From Octopus sinensis (lineage: Eukaryota), in assembly GCF_006345805.1 (NCBI RefSeq), contig NC_042999.1, positions 29,822,001-29,886,000 on the forward strand: a stretch of 64,000 nt of DNA, read 5' to 3'. Both the position numbers and the translations under genes were made by a program. Positions within the stretch are counted from its first letter, which is position 1, and the number at the start of each line of letters is the position of its first letter. The notes under the pieces were generated by a model. That model was not told the DNA's origin. It did not search any database and was given only the letters and a program-made list of their open reading frames with translations. Of the stretch, positions 26,611-40,944 are shown in pieces.

Positions 26611-29370
26611 TTATTGTTCTTAAGGCTACAGGAATCCAATAGACCGTAGTGGCATGCTTTTAACTTGTACATAGAAAGATACTCAATCTATCGTTATGCT
26701 TGCAAGAGAGAGGAGCATGATCCAAGATCGTTAGGCTGTTATTCCCAGCAGATCATATGATCGCTACAACTGTCTGATTGTCCGTTGATTGGTGCTAAAT
26801 TATTGATATTAATAGCAGTTGATTGAGAAAATGATCAGGGCTATTATAAGAATAGCTTTAACAATAGACATTGTTGACCTTTTCTTATTTTGTGTGTTTT
26901 GTGATTGTATTACATTACAATTTCTTGTTAAATACTTTTTTCTCCGTCAATATCCATTAGAGAGAGAGTGTAAGACGAATAACATCTCTTTGTCTAAAGA
27001 TATATTGGATATTTTCCTGCTAAATCTTTTCACTAGATCTGTTATGCTTCGAGGCAGATAATTAAAATGTATATTAACATATCATAGGTCTTCGTCTATT
27101 CTTCTATAGAGATAGTACTTATCGTTAATTAGATCTAATGTGATGTCTTAAATGTTGACAATACTTAAGTTAGCTCGAATGGAAATTTATTGATTGCATT
27201 CCTTAAACGTTTCTATTATTTTCTTACAATCATATTCTGCTCTTGTGACAAGATATTGCCAGGCCGCCGAGTATGTGCAATCATATAATTTGCATTAGAC
27301 TTTCGAGTCTGCTATGAGAATTAAGTACATTGTCTGTTAAAGCCACCGAGTCAGTATTTTAATATATGTTGGATGAAAACGGGCAGCAAATATTGGATGA
27401 CACACATAGTAAAGTGAGAATAATTGAAATATAAGTGTAGGTATATTAAACAAATTTTTGTTCTCATGAAATATTAAAACTGGTATACGTATCGCTTGAA
27501 ACCGTCGCTTTTCTACGGAGGAAGACGTTATTTCAGAATGATATTTCTCTCATAAATAATAGCTCGCGAAGCTGAAGGGCGGAACCTTTCACTCCGATAA
27601 ATGTAGAGCGTAAAAGAAATGGAGAAATCGGTTTAAATCACATACACATGTGAAGATATTAAACAAAATATAAATAAGTTCTATTATATTTTTTTCATAT
27701 TCTTGCATACTAGAAAGTGAAACTTGAACTTAATTGCAACATTGCTTGTATATATTAAAACATTTTGCATAGAAATTATATTGATATCATTTAGAGTTAA
27801 ATTACCATCAAAACATTAGGAGACAATTGATACTGGCATAATGCTTCTCCATTCTCGCATTCCGCATATCATGAAGACCGTAATGTGTGGCATGAAAGAG
27901 AATTAACAACTATTTTGACCGTACACATAAACGTTCTTTGGATGGATTACCCAAACTGATGTACTTAGCTTTTTTTTTTACTTACAAACCTACTTCAAGT
28001 CGAGTCTACATTTACAAAAAGCAGACATCGTCTCTCACTGGTGGCTTGATTAAAACTCATTTATTAAGAGCACATAACAATACAATCTACTAGTGTATAT
28101 AATTATAGTTTTGTTGTTCAATTAAATCAACTGGCAACGTAAAACTAATAAATACGCTACATAGAAGTCGAAAACAGCTACATATTTCAGTCGACGCACT
28201 GCAATTAATTTCGACTCTTAGCGTCCTTAAATATTATTAACCCCATGTATTTAGATTCAAATATCATTTAAAAGCAAATGGGAATATCATTATATCATTA
28301 ATTAATCTGTTGGAACTATTTTGTCCTTAAATATGCAAAGTTGTGTAACTCAGACATCAGTTAATATCCGAAGACTATAGTTTGGTCGTAGTGGAGTGAC
28401 ATACAGCATGGGATTATTCGATGAAGGAATTCCTTTGATTAAGCAAAAATAAGGCAAACAAACTGTGAAAAATATATATTATATTCTTATTATTAATTGT
28501 TTACGTCCTGTGTCAAGCAGTATTATTAGCGAAGGCAATCCATCGATGATTATTCATTTTGCTAAAAGAAACGTCTGTAATGCAATTTCTAGCGAATCAA
28601 ATTACATTACAGACGACGTTTATTGTTTTATGTATTGCGTAATATGTGTATTATTATATTATCTGACATACTGGAATAACGATAACCTATATAATGTTAC
28701 CAAAAATATATGCGTTTAATTTTGACTAAGTTTTTTAATGCCATTCTTAAAAGGTAGACATATGGTGTAATTATTATTTCATGACAGTTAACAAAATAAC
28801 AAAATATAATAATGTGTGAAAAAGTTAAAGGATATGCCTACATAGCTACATAGCTATATTAAGAATTGATATTTTAAGGTATTTATTTTCTATTATAAAC
28901 GTTTTTTTTTATGGTTTTCTTTAACATCATACAAACGGTGGTGAATTGACAAATTTGACATCACCTCAGATTAGTGATATGCATTGGCGGGTGTCCACTA
29001 TTCTGTACATATCTAGAGAGGCATACGTACAAAAAACAGAACAAGTGAACGGAGATATAAGATCTCAAAGGCTGAACTTATGGAAGAATGTAATACGAGA
29101 GGAACAGGGTAAGAAACGTACAACAAAGCCTAACGTCATTCTGTTGCCGTTGGAATTTTTCACTTGATATTGCATGCTATATTTCAGATGTACTGTAGAG
29201 GTTGTCTTCTAGACATCTGTTGTAGAGCCGTATTGTCTCACGTCAAGGCAAATGAACACGCGGCGTTTTATCACTATTTTTCTTGTCATGGAGTTAAAAA
29301 ACGAAGAAGAATGTACAAGGAAAGGAATCGAAGAGAAATTGAAGATTATATACATACATACATACACACA

Positions 29371-29436
<66 letters not shown>

Positions 29437-31310
29437 ATCTATATTTATTATCGACAGATTCTGTGTTTGTCTGTTTGTTCAATGAAGTTAAACCAAAGAG
29501 AAGACACCATCACTCTATAATTTTTCTATGTCTCTTCTATTCTATCTCCCCTATATACTCACTTTCTGCTTGTCGCTCTCTCTCTCTCTTTTTTGCTCTC
29601 TCTCTCTGCCCTACTACTTTGAAAAAAGATTCTCATTCTCCTACAAAGTTAAGCTAAAACGAGACACTCTATCACTATGATCTTCTTTATTTACCTTTTT
29701 TTCTTTCTTTTCTCTCTTCCCTTCTCTTCCCCTTTCTTTATCGGGGCAGTGATACTTCCTATTGATGAAGAACAGTTTCTTATACCCAATCCAATATGTA
29801 ATTCAACTTATTCCGTTGATGATTTGGTGGATGAAATCTTTCCTAATTTTCTTCATAATTACGATACAAATTGGATCTGTGAGCGAGCTATCCTGGCTCC
29901 AAAATGCGTTTTAGAAAATAGCATTAAAAATTTAGATTGAATGATCTTCTAGGAGAAATATCCACTTATAACCTCATTGATAGGGTTCTTGATGACCAGG
30001 AGAGTGTTAGCTACACCATCAAATTTTTGACCCACCAGGTACAGCTCGTCATCGTCTTCACCTATTATGCTATTGCGTAATTTCTCTCAACCAAAATTAT
30101 ACAGTGGAACAAGTTCAATTTTGCTCAAACAGATGATGAACTGCATTGAGGCAAATATTCTTACTGGTTGTGGTAAAAGTGATACCTTCTTCATTCATCA
30201 CATACCTGTTATACCATCTAATATCCCATTCCAATTTTAACGGTTACAGTTTTTTCTCTCCAAGATTATTTCTTTATGAGCATTAATAAAAGTCAGAGCC
30301 AAACATTAAATGTTGCTGGATTGCATTTTCAAGAACCATATTTTCACATGGTTAACTTTATGTAGGAGCCTCACATGTGGGAGCAAATAAAACAAAAGAC
30401 ATTGTTTATAATGAAACAAGAATGCAACAAGAATACTTCAATAACTTAATTTCCCATTACTATCATTACATTGAAGTATGACTAAGTTACCTCATTCAAT
30501 GAACTGTATTATTTAATTGTCATTACTGTATTGACGAATATAATAAAAACATAAAGCTCACTATTGTTATATAATAAACAAGCAGAAGTTAACGTATGAT
30601 GTTCGTCTCTTTTCTATTTCAGTTATTATATGAGATCGACGCTTTCAAGAGATCAGTCAGCTGAACAATTTGCAGAGCATCTTTTGAAACTCGGTGAAGG
30701 GAGAGTTCCAATTGATGAAGAACAGTTTCTTACACTCAATGCAATTATATAATTCAACTGATTCCGTCGAAGATTTGATGTATGAAACCTTTCCTAATCT
30801 TCTTCATAATTGCAACAAAACAGATTTCATCGGTGTCAGAACTATCCTGGCTCCAATAAATATTCCTCTGTACAGCATTAATAATATGCTATTGATTAAA
30901 CTTACAGAAGTATTCACACACAACGCATTTGTCAGTGTTGTTGATGATCAGGATAGTGTCAACTATCCCATCGAATTCTTTAACCCACTGCAACTATCAG
31001 TTAGAGATCCTCATTACCTTCAGGTGAAAAAAATGGATTCCTATTACGTTATTACATATTTTGTCTCAACCAAAATTATGCAATGGTATAAGCTTAAGAG
31101 TGCACAAATTTAATTCACCCAAATATTCTCACTATTAATATTAAATGTTTATGTACTCCGAAATAAAACAAAATCAAACATTCTTCATGAAGAAATATTC
31201 ATTCTTAATGCAACACGAATACTTCTATTGCTTCATTTACCATTACTATCATTACATTGAAGAATGAGTTATGTACCTATTTAAATGAATTGTATAATAT
31301 AATTGTCATT

Positions 31311-31842
31311 GTATGGTGGCCGCCCCCTCGTTATCGAGTATGGCCATTGTGCGAAACTTAATCAAAGTTGTTATCGTGCAATGATGGTGCAAGAAGATTA
31401 TTTCTTAAGTGAGGAAAGGCTGTGCAATGAGTCAATCCCACTCACTAAGCAACAGCAGCCAAAATCCGAAAAGAAGAACAAGTCAACATCATCGGTAACC
31501 ACAGACCCGCAGGTTTTATGTCGGAGTTATCCCGGTTAACTGAGTTGCCTTCTCCTAGAAGGATGCGCTACCAAATGCAAAGGGTCCTTCACTCCCAATG
31601 GTTTAACCGCGCGATCGGGTATTCAGTCCGATTACTTCTATATTCCCGCGCATGATACAGCCTTAAGGCATCTATGGGATGGCCGTTGACTCTCAAGCCT
31701 TCCTCCGCCCTTTGACGGGTTTTGTTTTTCATCCCACAGGGTGTCCAATAAACACTCTCCTCAGCAAGCAAGCTTGGTGGGGTTGCCGGTTTAGTCGACG
31801 ACGACCCGACCATGCAACAGGTTGTACTCGGTTACATGTTAC
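31311..31842 (-). mobile_element. Non-autonomous bipartite RTE-derived element (5'UTR + 3' tail) with 10-bp TSD
   Basis: aattgtcatt at 31301-31310 and 31843-31852; ctaggagaaggcaactc RTE 5'UTR-like motif; tail caatggccatactcgataacga shared with 52620-52645; no ORF. Confidence 0.75.
31786..31837 (-). ncRNA. Degenerate HDV-like ribozyme fold
   Basis: Minus strand ATGTAAC-CGAGTACAACCT-GTTGCAT-GG-TCGG-gtcgtcg-TCGA-CTAA-ACCGG: P1, GG, P4, CUAA and P2 in HDV order; P3/L3 too short. Confidence 0.45.
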
Positions 31843-33581
31843 AATTGTCATTCCTGTATTGATAAATAAAGTAACTTCGCCATTTCACATATTATTATCA
31901 TGTAACAAACACAGTGTCATGTACGACATTCATGCCTTTTCTAATTCAGTTATTACATGCACTTCTCTTCTAAAAATACACAGTGAGAGGAGGAGTAAAT
32001 TATACATATAATAATACTTTCAATGTGACTCCCAATAAAATGTAATTGTAATTAGCCCACCAAGGACGGGTTTTGTTGCTTGTATATATATATATATATA
32101 TGCTTATATGTGAGTGTATGTGTGTGTGCAATATAACCTTGGGACATTGCTGGTCGTTTCACATGAATAGAGGATTCATATGTGCATATGCAGTATCAGG
32201 TGAGTATCGGTGATTGATTATCTTTCCCTTCTAACCTAGGTTGTCTGTCTCTGTCTATATCTCTCCATCTCTACTCCTGTCGCTCTCGCTCCCACTCTCA
32301 CTCTCTTTCTCGTGGTCTCTCACTTTGTTGCTTACTAAAGAGTACCCGAAAGTCTATAGTTCTGGCGTCCTTATTGTCTCTGCATTATCAGGGAATTCAG
32401 TTAAGTCTGTATGTTTTATAAATTACAAAACGGCATAAATGTCGATATCACGAAATTAAATTCTGCCTATAAAAACATTTAAAGCTCAGTTTGGAATCCG
32501 ATATCTACTCAGTAGCCGGTGCTAAACGATGATTTAATGAGGTCTGATACACAGCTGTTTTGACTGTTTGTGTGTGTGTTTGCTTGTGTGTGTGTGTTTG
32601 CACATTATTTTCTTATGTAGCAACTACTATATTTGATAAGGTCCTTACATACTTGCTTAAAATACATTGATCTATGATACGATTGTCCTAAATCAACGAC
32701 ACTTCCTACACGTCACGACATACAAAGTAAGATTAATTACATGTCATCTCACTTAAAATAGCACTTTTTTTTTTTTTTTTATCAGTGAACAAATAGCACC
32801 ACCGATTACCACTCTCAAGCCGCTGACTCATACAACAAATGTTTGGCAGTGGTTCATAATCCTGAATTTTACATTGCATTGGATTCCACTAAGTTTTATC
32901 TAGCTGCAAGATAGCAAAACACTGTTTCGATACCAACATTTAACTGAAAAGTATGTTTGACGTGGTGTTTCGGTATAAGACATTTAACGGATATGATATG
33001 TTGTGAAATGAAAATTGTTAAGATGAAAAGCGAATCATCACGAGAGCAGGATACTAAAGCTGATCCTCTCCCTCTTATATTAAACATTTCGGAATATATA
33101 CAGCCGCTAATTGAAAAATTTCCTCCTTGAAATTTGGGAGAAGGGGCTAGTATTAACGACAAGCCAGTATGCGAATGGTACTTTATATTATCGACACCGG
33201 AGAATGCGCTGTACCCATAGAGCACCACTTTTTTCACTGAAACTAGTTTACACAAGCTCTGACGGTTATCGTTAATTAATTTGTTAGTCATTAGCTTTTG
33301 CGCATTGCCCATTCCATACATGTAGGGTTATTACAAATGTCAGGGAGGAAGAGTTGATTATATATCTTTAATTACCTTTCAGACTGTGACCTTAAATCGA
33401 ACATCTATCACGTAAGGAAGGAAATCGTAGAAAATCCATTTTTATGTGTCCCTCTACAAATAAATCAATGGTGCTTAAAGGCTTCCAAAGGGATTGAGCT
33501 TAGTCATCTTACTGAAACCCAACAATTGGAATGTTGCTGGATACATTATCGTAAACGCTTGCGAACACTCCTAACACGACG

Positions 33582-33635
33582 ATATCCCAATATAGGATAT
33601 CCATCCAATATAGGATATCCATCCAATATAGGATA
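33582..33635 (+). repeat. 19-bp tandem repeat (~2.7 copies)
   Basis: ccaatataggatatccat repeated. Confidence 0.85.
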
Positions 33636-33659
33636 AAACTAGATTTTATTTCTTTTTAA

Positions 33660-34215
33660 GGTGGCGAGCTGGCAGAAAGGTTAGCACGCCGGGCGAAATG
33701 CGTAACCGTTTTACGTCTGCCGTTACGTTCTGAGTTCAAATTCCGCCGAGGTCGAATTTGTCTTTCATCCTTTCGGGGTCGATAAATTAAGGACCCGTTA
33801 CACACTGGGGTCCATGTAATCGACTTAATCTGTTTGTCTGTTCTTGTTTTTCCTCTCTGTGTTTAGCCACTTGTGGGCAGTAAAGAAATAGGTATTTCGT
33901 CTGCCGTTACGTTCTGAGTTCAAATTCCGCCGAGGTCAACTTTGCCTTTCATCCTTTCGGGGTCGATTAGATAAGAACCAGTTACGCACGACTTAATCCG
34001 TTTGTCTGTCCTTGTTTGTCCCCTCTGTGTTTAGCCCCTTGCGGATAGTAAAGAAATTGGTATTTCCTCTGTCTTAATGTTCTGAGTTACAATACCGCCG
34101 AGATCGACTTTGCTTTTCGGGGTCGATATACTAAGTACCAGTTGCGTACTGGGGTCGATCTAATCGACGAACCCGTCTCCAAATATTTCGGGCATTGTGT
34201 TTAGTGTAAAAAGAA
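33660..34215 (+). mobile_element. Trimeric SINE (one head, three B-box-containing bodies)
   Basis: The (ac)gttctgagttcaaattccgccgaggtc...ttcggggtcgat module recurs at ~33725, ~33908 and ~34078. Confidence 0.85.
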
Positions 34216-36596
34216 TAATCTCTGTTTAATTTTATTGCCTGTCAGAGTGCATTTGTATGAATATCATTTTTTTGTTTTTGTTTTTGTGATGTACACTCCA
34301 AAGCATTATTATATCTCGCACCCACTCTTATCTATGCATTAACGTGTTAGTAACTGTCATGTTTCACATTTCAAAAATGTATAAAGATGATACCTGAAGC
34401 GTTTCATATTTAACTTTATGCAAACAGGTGTTATCTCAAGTAAATCTAGACACAAACCGCCTCCATAAACACAAATGTGACAAACGCACAGCCATCTCTT
34501 GTTCTTTCAAATATTGCGCCAAATTCATTCCCACCTCCTCTACTCTGCCTCATAATTTTTTTCAGAAATACCATTAAAATTATAATAGAGTGCATTACGT
34601 TCCAATGCGGCCATGTAGCCTATTTCTTTCTTTTGTAAGCTTTAGATTCGTTATATCGGGCGTATATTGAAGCTCTTTATTCATTACGTCGGGCGTATAA
34701 AACTAAGCCCTTTTATATCCAGTTATGAGATCAGTGTTAAATTTTATACAGAAAATCAGGTCTCTGTTGACATAGTTCCTTGAATTAAGTAACTAGAAAT
34801 AAATGACTACGGGAAAGAGACGCCTTGAAAATATCAATAAGGAGGCACACATGCATATCGTCTTAAAATGGAAGTGATAAAGTAAAATATACAATTTTAT
34901 GGTTCTAAAGATTTGATAATTCAAAAACAACGATTCAATCGATATGCTATTTCTGCTTTCACGCAAGTCTGAATGCAACAGCCGTTCTAAAGACTTATTA
35001 GTGAGTTAATTTTTATTTGCTTTGCAGACTCCTTGTCTGTTCCGATTTTCTTATCCCAGTTCAGCTAATATATAAAAAGATTTGATTGGCTAACACGGTA
35101 TCTCTGAAGAACCTCACTACAGTGCTTAATACGACTGAGGCGAACACTTTATAAGTCAACAGGACACGGATATTTATTACAAATATTTCGTGACTTTTAG
35201 CTGCGTCTACTGCAAGAGATTGTAAATAATCTAGAACAGTGCAGGATTCCAACTCCTACACCAGTGTTTAATTAATCCTATTATAGCCGTATTTAAGAAA
35301 CATAAATTACATTTCCTACCTCTTGTTAGCTGAAGTGTATTTTGATACACAATCTTTAATCGTTTTACACAAGAAATATAAGTCGCCTTACGTGCATTAT
35401 CGCGCAGGATGTATACAGGAACATTAGTTACACTAAGTGAAGGAATTATTGATTTAGATGGAACCAAAACAGTCATACACACACGCATATACATAATCGT
35501 ATATGTATAGTATGAGAAACACAGTCCATCAACGGAAACGGCATGCGATAATTTAAATTTAGGACAAAAGTAAAATATCTGCGCATGGATTTCTACAATT
35601 GGTTATCAAAAACATCAAAATACCTCAGAATATATCTCGATGTTGAGGTCCTTATCTAAATAAGAGTTTACATGATATTTGCCAATATATTAATATTGAG
35701 TTATTGCAAATGATGGAATACTGGTCTATGGTTAGATTTAGGAAGATTATAACATACGTTCGATCAATTTCTAATTTAAAAGCATTCTACATAAATGTTA
35801 TACACCGGGAATTACCGGCTAAATTGGAAAAGGTATATGGCTATTGGATCGGCGAGGATGAGGAAATAAACTTCCTAAACGAAACAACTCAAGAAAGAAA
35901 ATACACTTTTCTGACACACACAAACTCACACGTGCACACACTTGTACACATACACACAGAAGCCTACATAAACATGTAAACATACACTTATACAAACGTA
36001 CATTATATGTAGACGCATGTGCGTGTATGCATGCATACATGTTTGTATATAAGGCGCACATTTGACTGCATTGTTAAAAAGCTTGCTTCAAAACCAAGTG
36101 ATCTTGAGTCCGGCCTCATGTCAGATAACTTGGACCGAGTGCTTTCTGTGATAAGGCCGTACCAAAAATATCTCGTGAGCGCATGTAATAGAAGGAGAGT
36201 ATGCCCCACCGCCGTTAGGTACGTACATATATGTATGTATATATGCATATGTTTTATTTATTAATTTATTATATGACGGAACGCATGCATCCATGTCTAA
36301 GTAAGATTGTTCTTGATACTAATAATGATGCGCACTCTTAAACTTTCCGTCCCCCTCCCTTTCTCAGCCTCCATTCTTTCGGGTTTTCTTTTCTTCTACG
36401 TTACTGTCTCTCCCTCTCTCTCTCTCATTCTTCATTATTTCTGGTTTCCTCACAACCATTCACTTTTTTCTCTCTTGTATCTTGCTCCTCCTCCTCCCTC
36501 CCATCGTTGACCCATCGTCACTGTACTGTATATGCGTGAGAGATATCTTTTGACCTGACTGATATAGTGCTTATCATACAGCTTATTAAGGCTTTT

Positions 36597-36790
36597 AGCT
36601 GGCAGAATCCTTAGCAAGCTGGTCACAACTACTTAGAAGTATTTCCTCCGCATTTACGTAGTGTGTTCAGATTCCCTCGAAGTCGACTTTATATTTCGGC
36701 GTCGATAAAATATTTACAAGTTGAGGACTTTGTTCGAGACATTTGACTTAAAACTTGCCCCTGAAATCAGTGACTCTGTACCAAGATTGA
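36597..36790 (+). mobile_element. Old copy of the same SINE
   Basis: agctggcagaatccttagca...gtcgacttt homology. Confidence 0.6.
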
Positions 36791-38444
36791 AACTAATATC
36801 ATAGAATTTATTTTTCATTAAAATATTCCAGTATCAAAGTCACAATGATCTGACGCCGAGTGTAAAATCACTTGTGTGTTGCAGATGGCAATTGAAAGGG
36901 ACAAATATACGCAGTATTTGTCCAGTGGAAAGAAATAACAGTACTGAAGAAGCATTAACAATTTCGTCATATTTTTTAATAGAATATGGCATAATCGGAT
37001 GAAAACGGATGGAAGGTAACTGTGAAGAAGATTATGAGATAAAATACCTCAGTAATCCAAAGTCACGGTTTTGACACACAATATATTCACGTGCTTCGGG
37101 CTGCAAACTGAATCTCTTAGAGGAATTGATCAACATCTTAAAGCAAACAATTAGTAATTCTGTACGTGATTCATCTATTCGATATATATTCAAAACAAAT
37201 CCACACACACACACACACACAAGCACACAAGTATATATTCACACATGAACATACATTGAAGAATAGAAAAGACTACGTAACGTCAGCGTTGTAGTAAATA
37301 TATAATGGCAGAACGGAGAATGACAATTCTGAAAGAGAAAATATTTGTAGACTATTTTTATAAATGCAAGAATTTCTCTATAGAACCAGTCAAGTACACA
37401 TCGCACAGAAATATATAATGATGGAATATAGACTGAGATATACTATATATAAATGCTCAAATATAAATGCTTATGCATTGAAAATGATGTATGCTATAAA
37501 AGTCAGCGACAGATGCCGGTCAGGTCACAGAATTCTAAACCGATAACTACGAAATTGTGAAAAGAAATCTAGGAATAGATGCAGCCATTCAAATTAGAAA
37601 TACTTCTATAAGAAAGGTGGTACAGACCAATGGATTTAGTTTTTCAACAATAGCTTTGACAAATAATGTATAGTAAGAAAATTCTCGGCAATGGTTTCTC
37701 ATATAGAATTAGAGAGCGGTATAATGTAAAGAAAAACTTTAGTGTTAGCTATTGTATTAGTTTATTTGATGGAGACTAAAGAAGTATTAGAAAATACGCC
37801 TTCAATTAACACTGATAGCATGCAATTAGACATTGTGAATTCGTCTAAATAAACAGAATATTTAAAAAGCAATGTCTTTCTCAAGTACGCATCTTAACAT
37901 TCATCCCAATTTCCCTTTGGCTTTACATTTCAGACTCTATTTCTGTCTTTAGAGACAAGACTGCATTATATTTTGTGTAATAGCTACTGCATTTATAGGC
38001 GAAGCACAAACACACACAAACTCACACATATCTATATTCAGTCATTCACGTTATACACACTATTCTCGATCATAAAGAGTTTCTCTCATTCCCATATTAT
38101 ATAACGTGCAATCTGGTGGTTATATCTATAAAACAAATAAGGGGAAACCCAGCCGACGACTAATAGCGATGATCGAAGAATTGTGTCGCTATTATGTATA
38201 TATAAACTATATATTTCTCTCCGCTTACACGTTAAATGAGAGAACCAAGTATATATACATACGAATCTCAACCGTGCCAGGCCATCATTAAAAAACTTAT
38301 ATATGGTATATGTAGAATGCTTTTAAACTTATTCTTTGCCAGATGCTTTCAACTACGCTTACTGTTAAAAGAACTCGGTACTCAATGGAAGACTTAAGGA
38401 ATATTTTGTAACATGGATGCATCCGATGTGGAAGCAGTACCAAG

Positions 38445-38660
38445 AAGGGAAGTACAAGTGGAAACACATCATTGATGATTACTTCAAAATCTGGGACAAA
38501 GCGAAAGAAGATCTGAATATATTTAACAATATACTGAACACACTTCACCCATCCACCAAATTCACGACAGAATCCAATTGCAATGAACTACCATTCCTGG
38601 ATATGCGCATGAAAAAGCAGAACTCCACCGTCTCAACAGACATGTTTTACAAAAAAACTG
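38445..38660 (+). mobile_element. Penelope-like RT fragment (motif C to thumb)
   Basis: WKHIIDDYFKIWDK..LNIFNNILNTLHPSTKFTTE..ELPFLD..TDMFYKKT. Confidence 0.88.
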
Positions 38661-38878
38661 GCGGACCATTGCTTTTCATAATGGCCCCCTCAAACATGCC
38701 CTCAGCCATGTAGAGAGCCACGATCACAAGTTATGCAGATGACACAAAAGTTTCACGGGTAATACAGAACCCTGAATACACTATGCACCTGCAATGTGAG
38801 CTGGACCAAATATACAAGTGGGCTGAAAAGAATAGTATGCAGTTCAATACTGAAATGTTTCAAGCTTTATACTATCAT
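38661..38878 (+). mobile_element. LINE (CR1/jockey-group) RT fragment
   Basis: GPLLFIM..(stop)..TSYADDTKVSRVIQ..HLQCELDQIYKWAEKNSMQFNTEMFQAL. Confidence 0.85.
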
Positions 38879-39007
38879 ACATATGACTGTACCACATACG
38901 AAAGAGTACCATAAATAACAGAATTTTCGTGAACTGTAATACGCAATGATGGCTTTTGAATAGTATTATTTGAACTCTGTTCTGTTAAATCCACCGCGAG
39001 GCTTTCA

Positions 39008-39014
39008 TATCTAG

Positions 39015-39069
<55 letters not shown>

Positions 39070-39133
39070 AATATATCTATCTATCTTTCTACGTATCTAT
39101 TATCTGTCTGTCTGTCTATCTATGTATCAATCA

Positions 39134-39182
<49 letters not shown>
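39008..39182. repeat. (TATC)n tetranucleotide array
   Basis: Seen directly. Confidence 0.95.
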
Positions 39183-39223
<41 letters not shown>

Positions 39224-39816
39224 ATCTAGCTACCTACCTGCATATTTATCTCCCTATCTTTCTATGAGACAATGTCATAAACAAACACAAAAATACGACT
39301 GTCCTCCCTTAACTAGCGATTTTTCGAAATGTTCTTTACACAATACAATTATAATGATACAAGCTGTTTTCAGAACAGAGAAATATACAATGCCGATTGT
39401 ACACATCACTTATTATGAGACCCTAAATTAATATAAATAAACCACCATTTTTTCCCATTTCATATATTTGTTGTGTCTATATTGTGAATATTTCTTGACA
39501 CATATTATATATATTAAATCATTTACAGCATTAATTTCCTGTAGGAAACTCTCTTTTCTGACAGATATTACAATATGTTCAGTACTCAAAATAGAAATAT
39601 AACAGCAAATAGTATCATCTAAATCAACTCCTAACAATGGTGCTTATGCGTTTATATATTTGTGTCTAATGGTGAGGTGCGTATGTTTGTGTTTGTGTGC
39701 TTATCAATGTGTTTATGCATGTTTGAAAGGTAGTTTCAAAGAGAATCCTCACGCAACGTTGCTTTACGGTAAAAGGAAATACTATGTACATATACGTGTG
39801 TACGTGCTTTTATACG

Positions 39817-39866
<50 letters not shown>

Positions 39867-40944
39867 ATATATATGTATAAACTCGAAAATCGATTAAGTC
39901 TCTTCCTCCTGTTTTCGTTCTACTTAATATTTTTTGGGTTTTTAATATTATCCTCTTTATAAATCCACTATATTCGCTACATAGATTCTATCACAACTTC
40001 TTTCTGTGTGAAGTGAGATCCGTGTTGATAGACCCTTTACGTTAAATAAAGTGTTCACATTTATATTTGTAGCACCGGTTGCTTTTTCGTAGCAACTGTA
40101 ATTATTGACTATATAAACAGATTTTCATTTTCTTCCCTAGAAGTGGTCAAATTGATATAGACGCCTCTGATTAGAATCCAGTAAGATTCGAAAATCGATA
40201 ACAGTTCTTCATTTCTTTTCAGATTATGGAGTAATCCTAAAGTTAGACCTGCTTATAAATCTACCCAATCGGTTACACCACACATACACGCATATACGCA
40301 CATATATTCATATTAAAAGTTATATATTTATATGTGTACGTGAGAGTGTGTATGTGTGTGTTTGTGCGTGTGTGCTTGTGTGTTTATACAAAGTTAGTAA
40401 GAGAGAATGCGGATTAAGAGAGTGACTATTGTTATATATGGAAGAAATGGTAGTGTTCAATTCTAAATTTCACCATTAAATCAAATTTTACTGCACGAGG
40501 TGAGTGAACACTCTGAGCAACTCCGTATAACAGTAGTTTTAATAGCAAGTGCTATACGTAAATCTGAAAAGGATTTATATGTTACTTTAAGAGTCTGATA
40601 ATTAGGTGATGTCAGGTGCTTGAACACCTATGATAATATCATTAATAAAATGTTGGACAGTCACTTTATAAACATATCCAGTAGGCCAAAGTACGCAGTT
40701 ATACATTAAGAAAGTAAATACCTTAGAAAAGAAACAACACGCACACGCGCACGCACACACACACAGAATCACACACACGCCAACACGCACATACACAATT
40801 CTTGATACTTTCTAAAGATTTATATGCGCATTCTTTTCAAAAATGACCATCATGAATGAAGTAATATACTATAGATGCTTTATAAAATACATCCCTTAAG
40901 AAGCGGTGGTCAGGGATGTTGAATGAGCACAGGTATTTCCAGGT

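Larger units (their letters stand above)
29438..32083 (+). mobile_element. Internally deleted Helitron with two tandem PIF1-helicase segments (~29740-30420 and ~30660-31110)
   Basis: EIFPN..WICERAILAPK, PIMLLRN, MSINKSQSQTL, LYVGAS; 5' TCTATA..TGTCTG start; 3' hairpin cccaccaaggacggg followed by cttgt (CTAG-like). Confidence 0.8.

Noticed and set aside
32896-33321. 141-aa minus-strand ORF in unique DNA
   Set aside because: No recognisable domain or clear splice signals; compatible with chance
33582-33635. Short repeats resembling a CRISPR array or iterons
   Set aside because: Contiguous tandem copies without spacers, in a eukaryotic context
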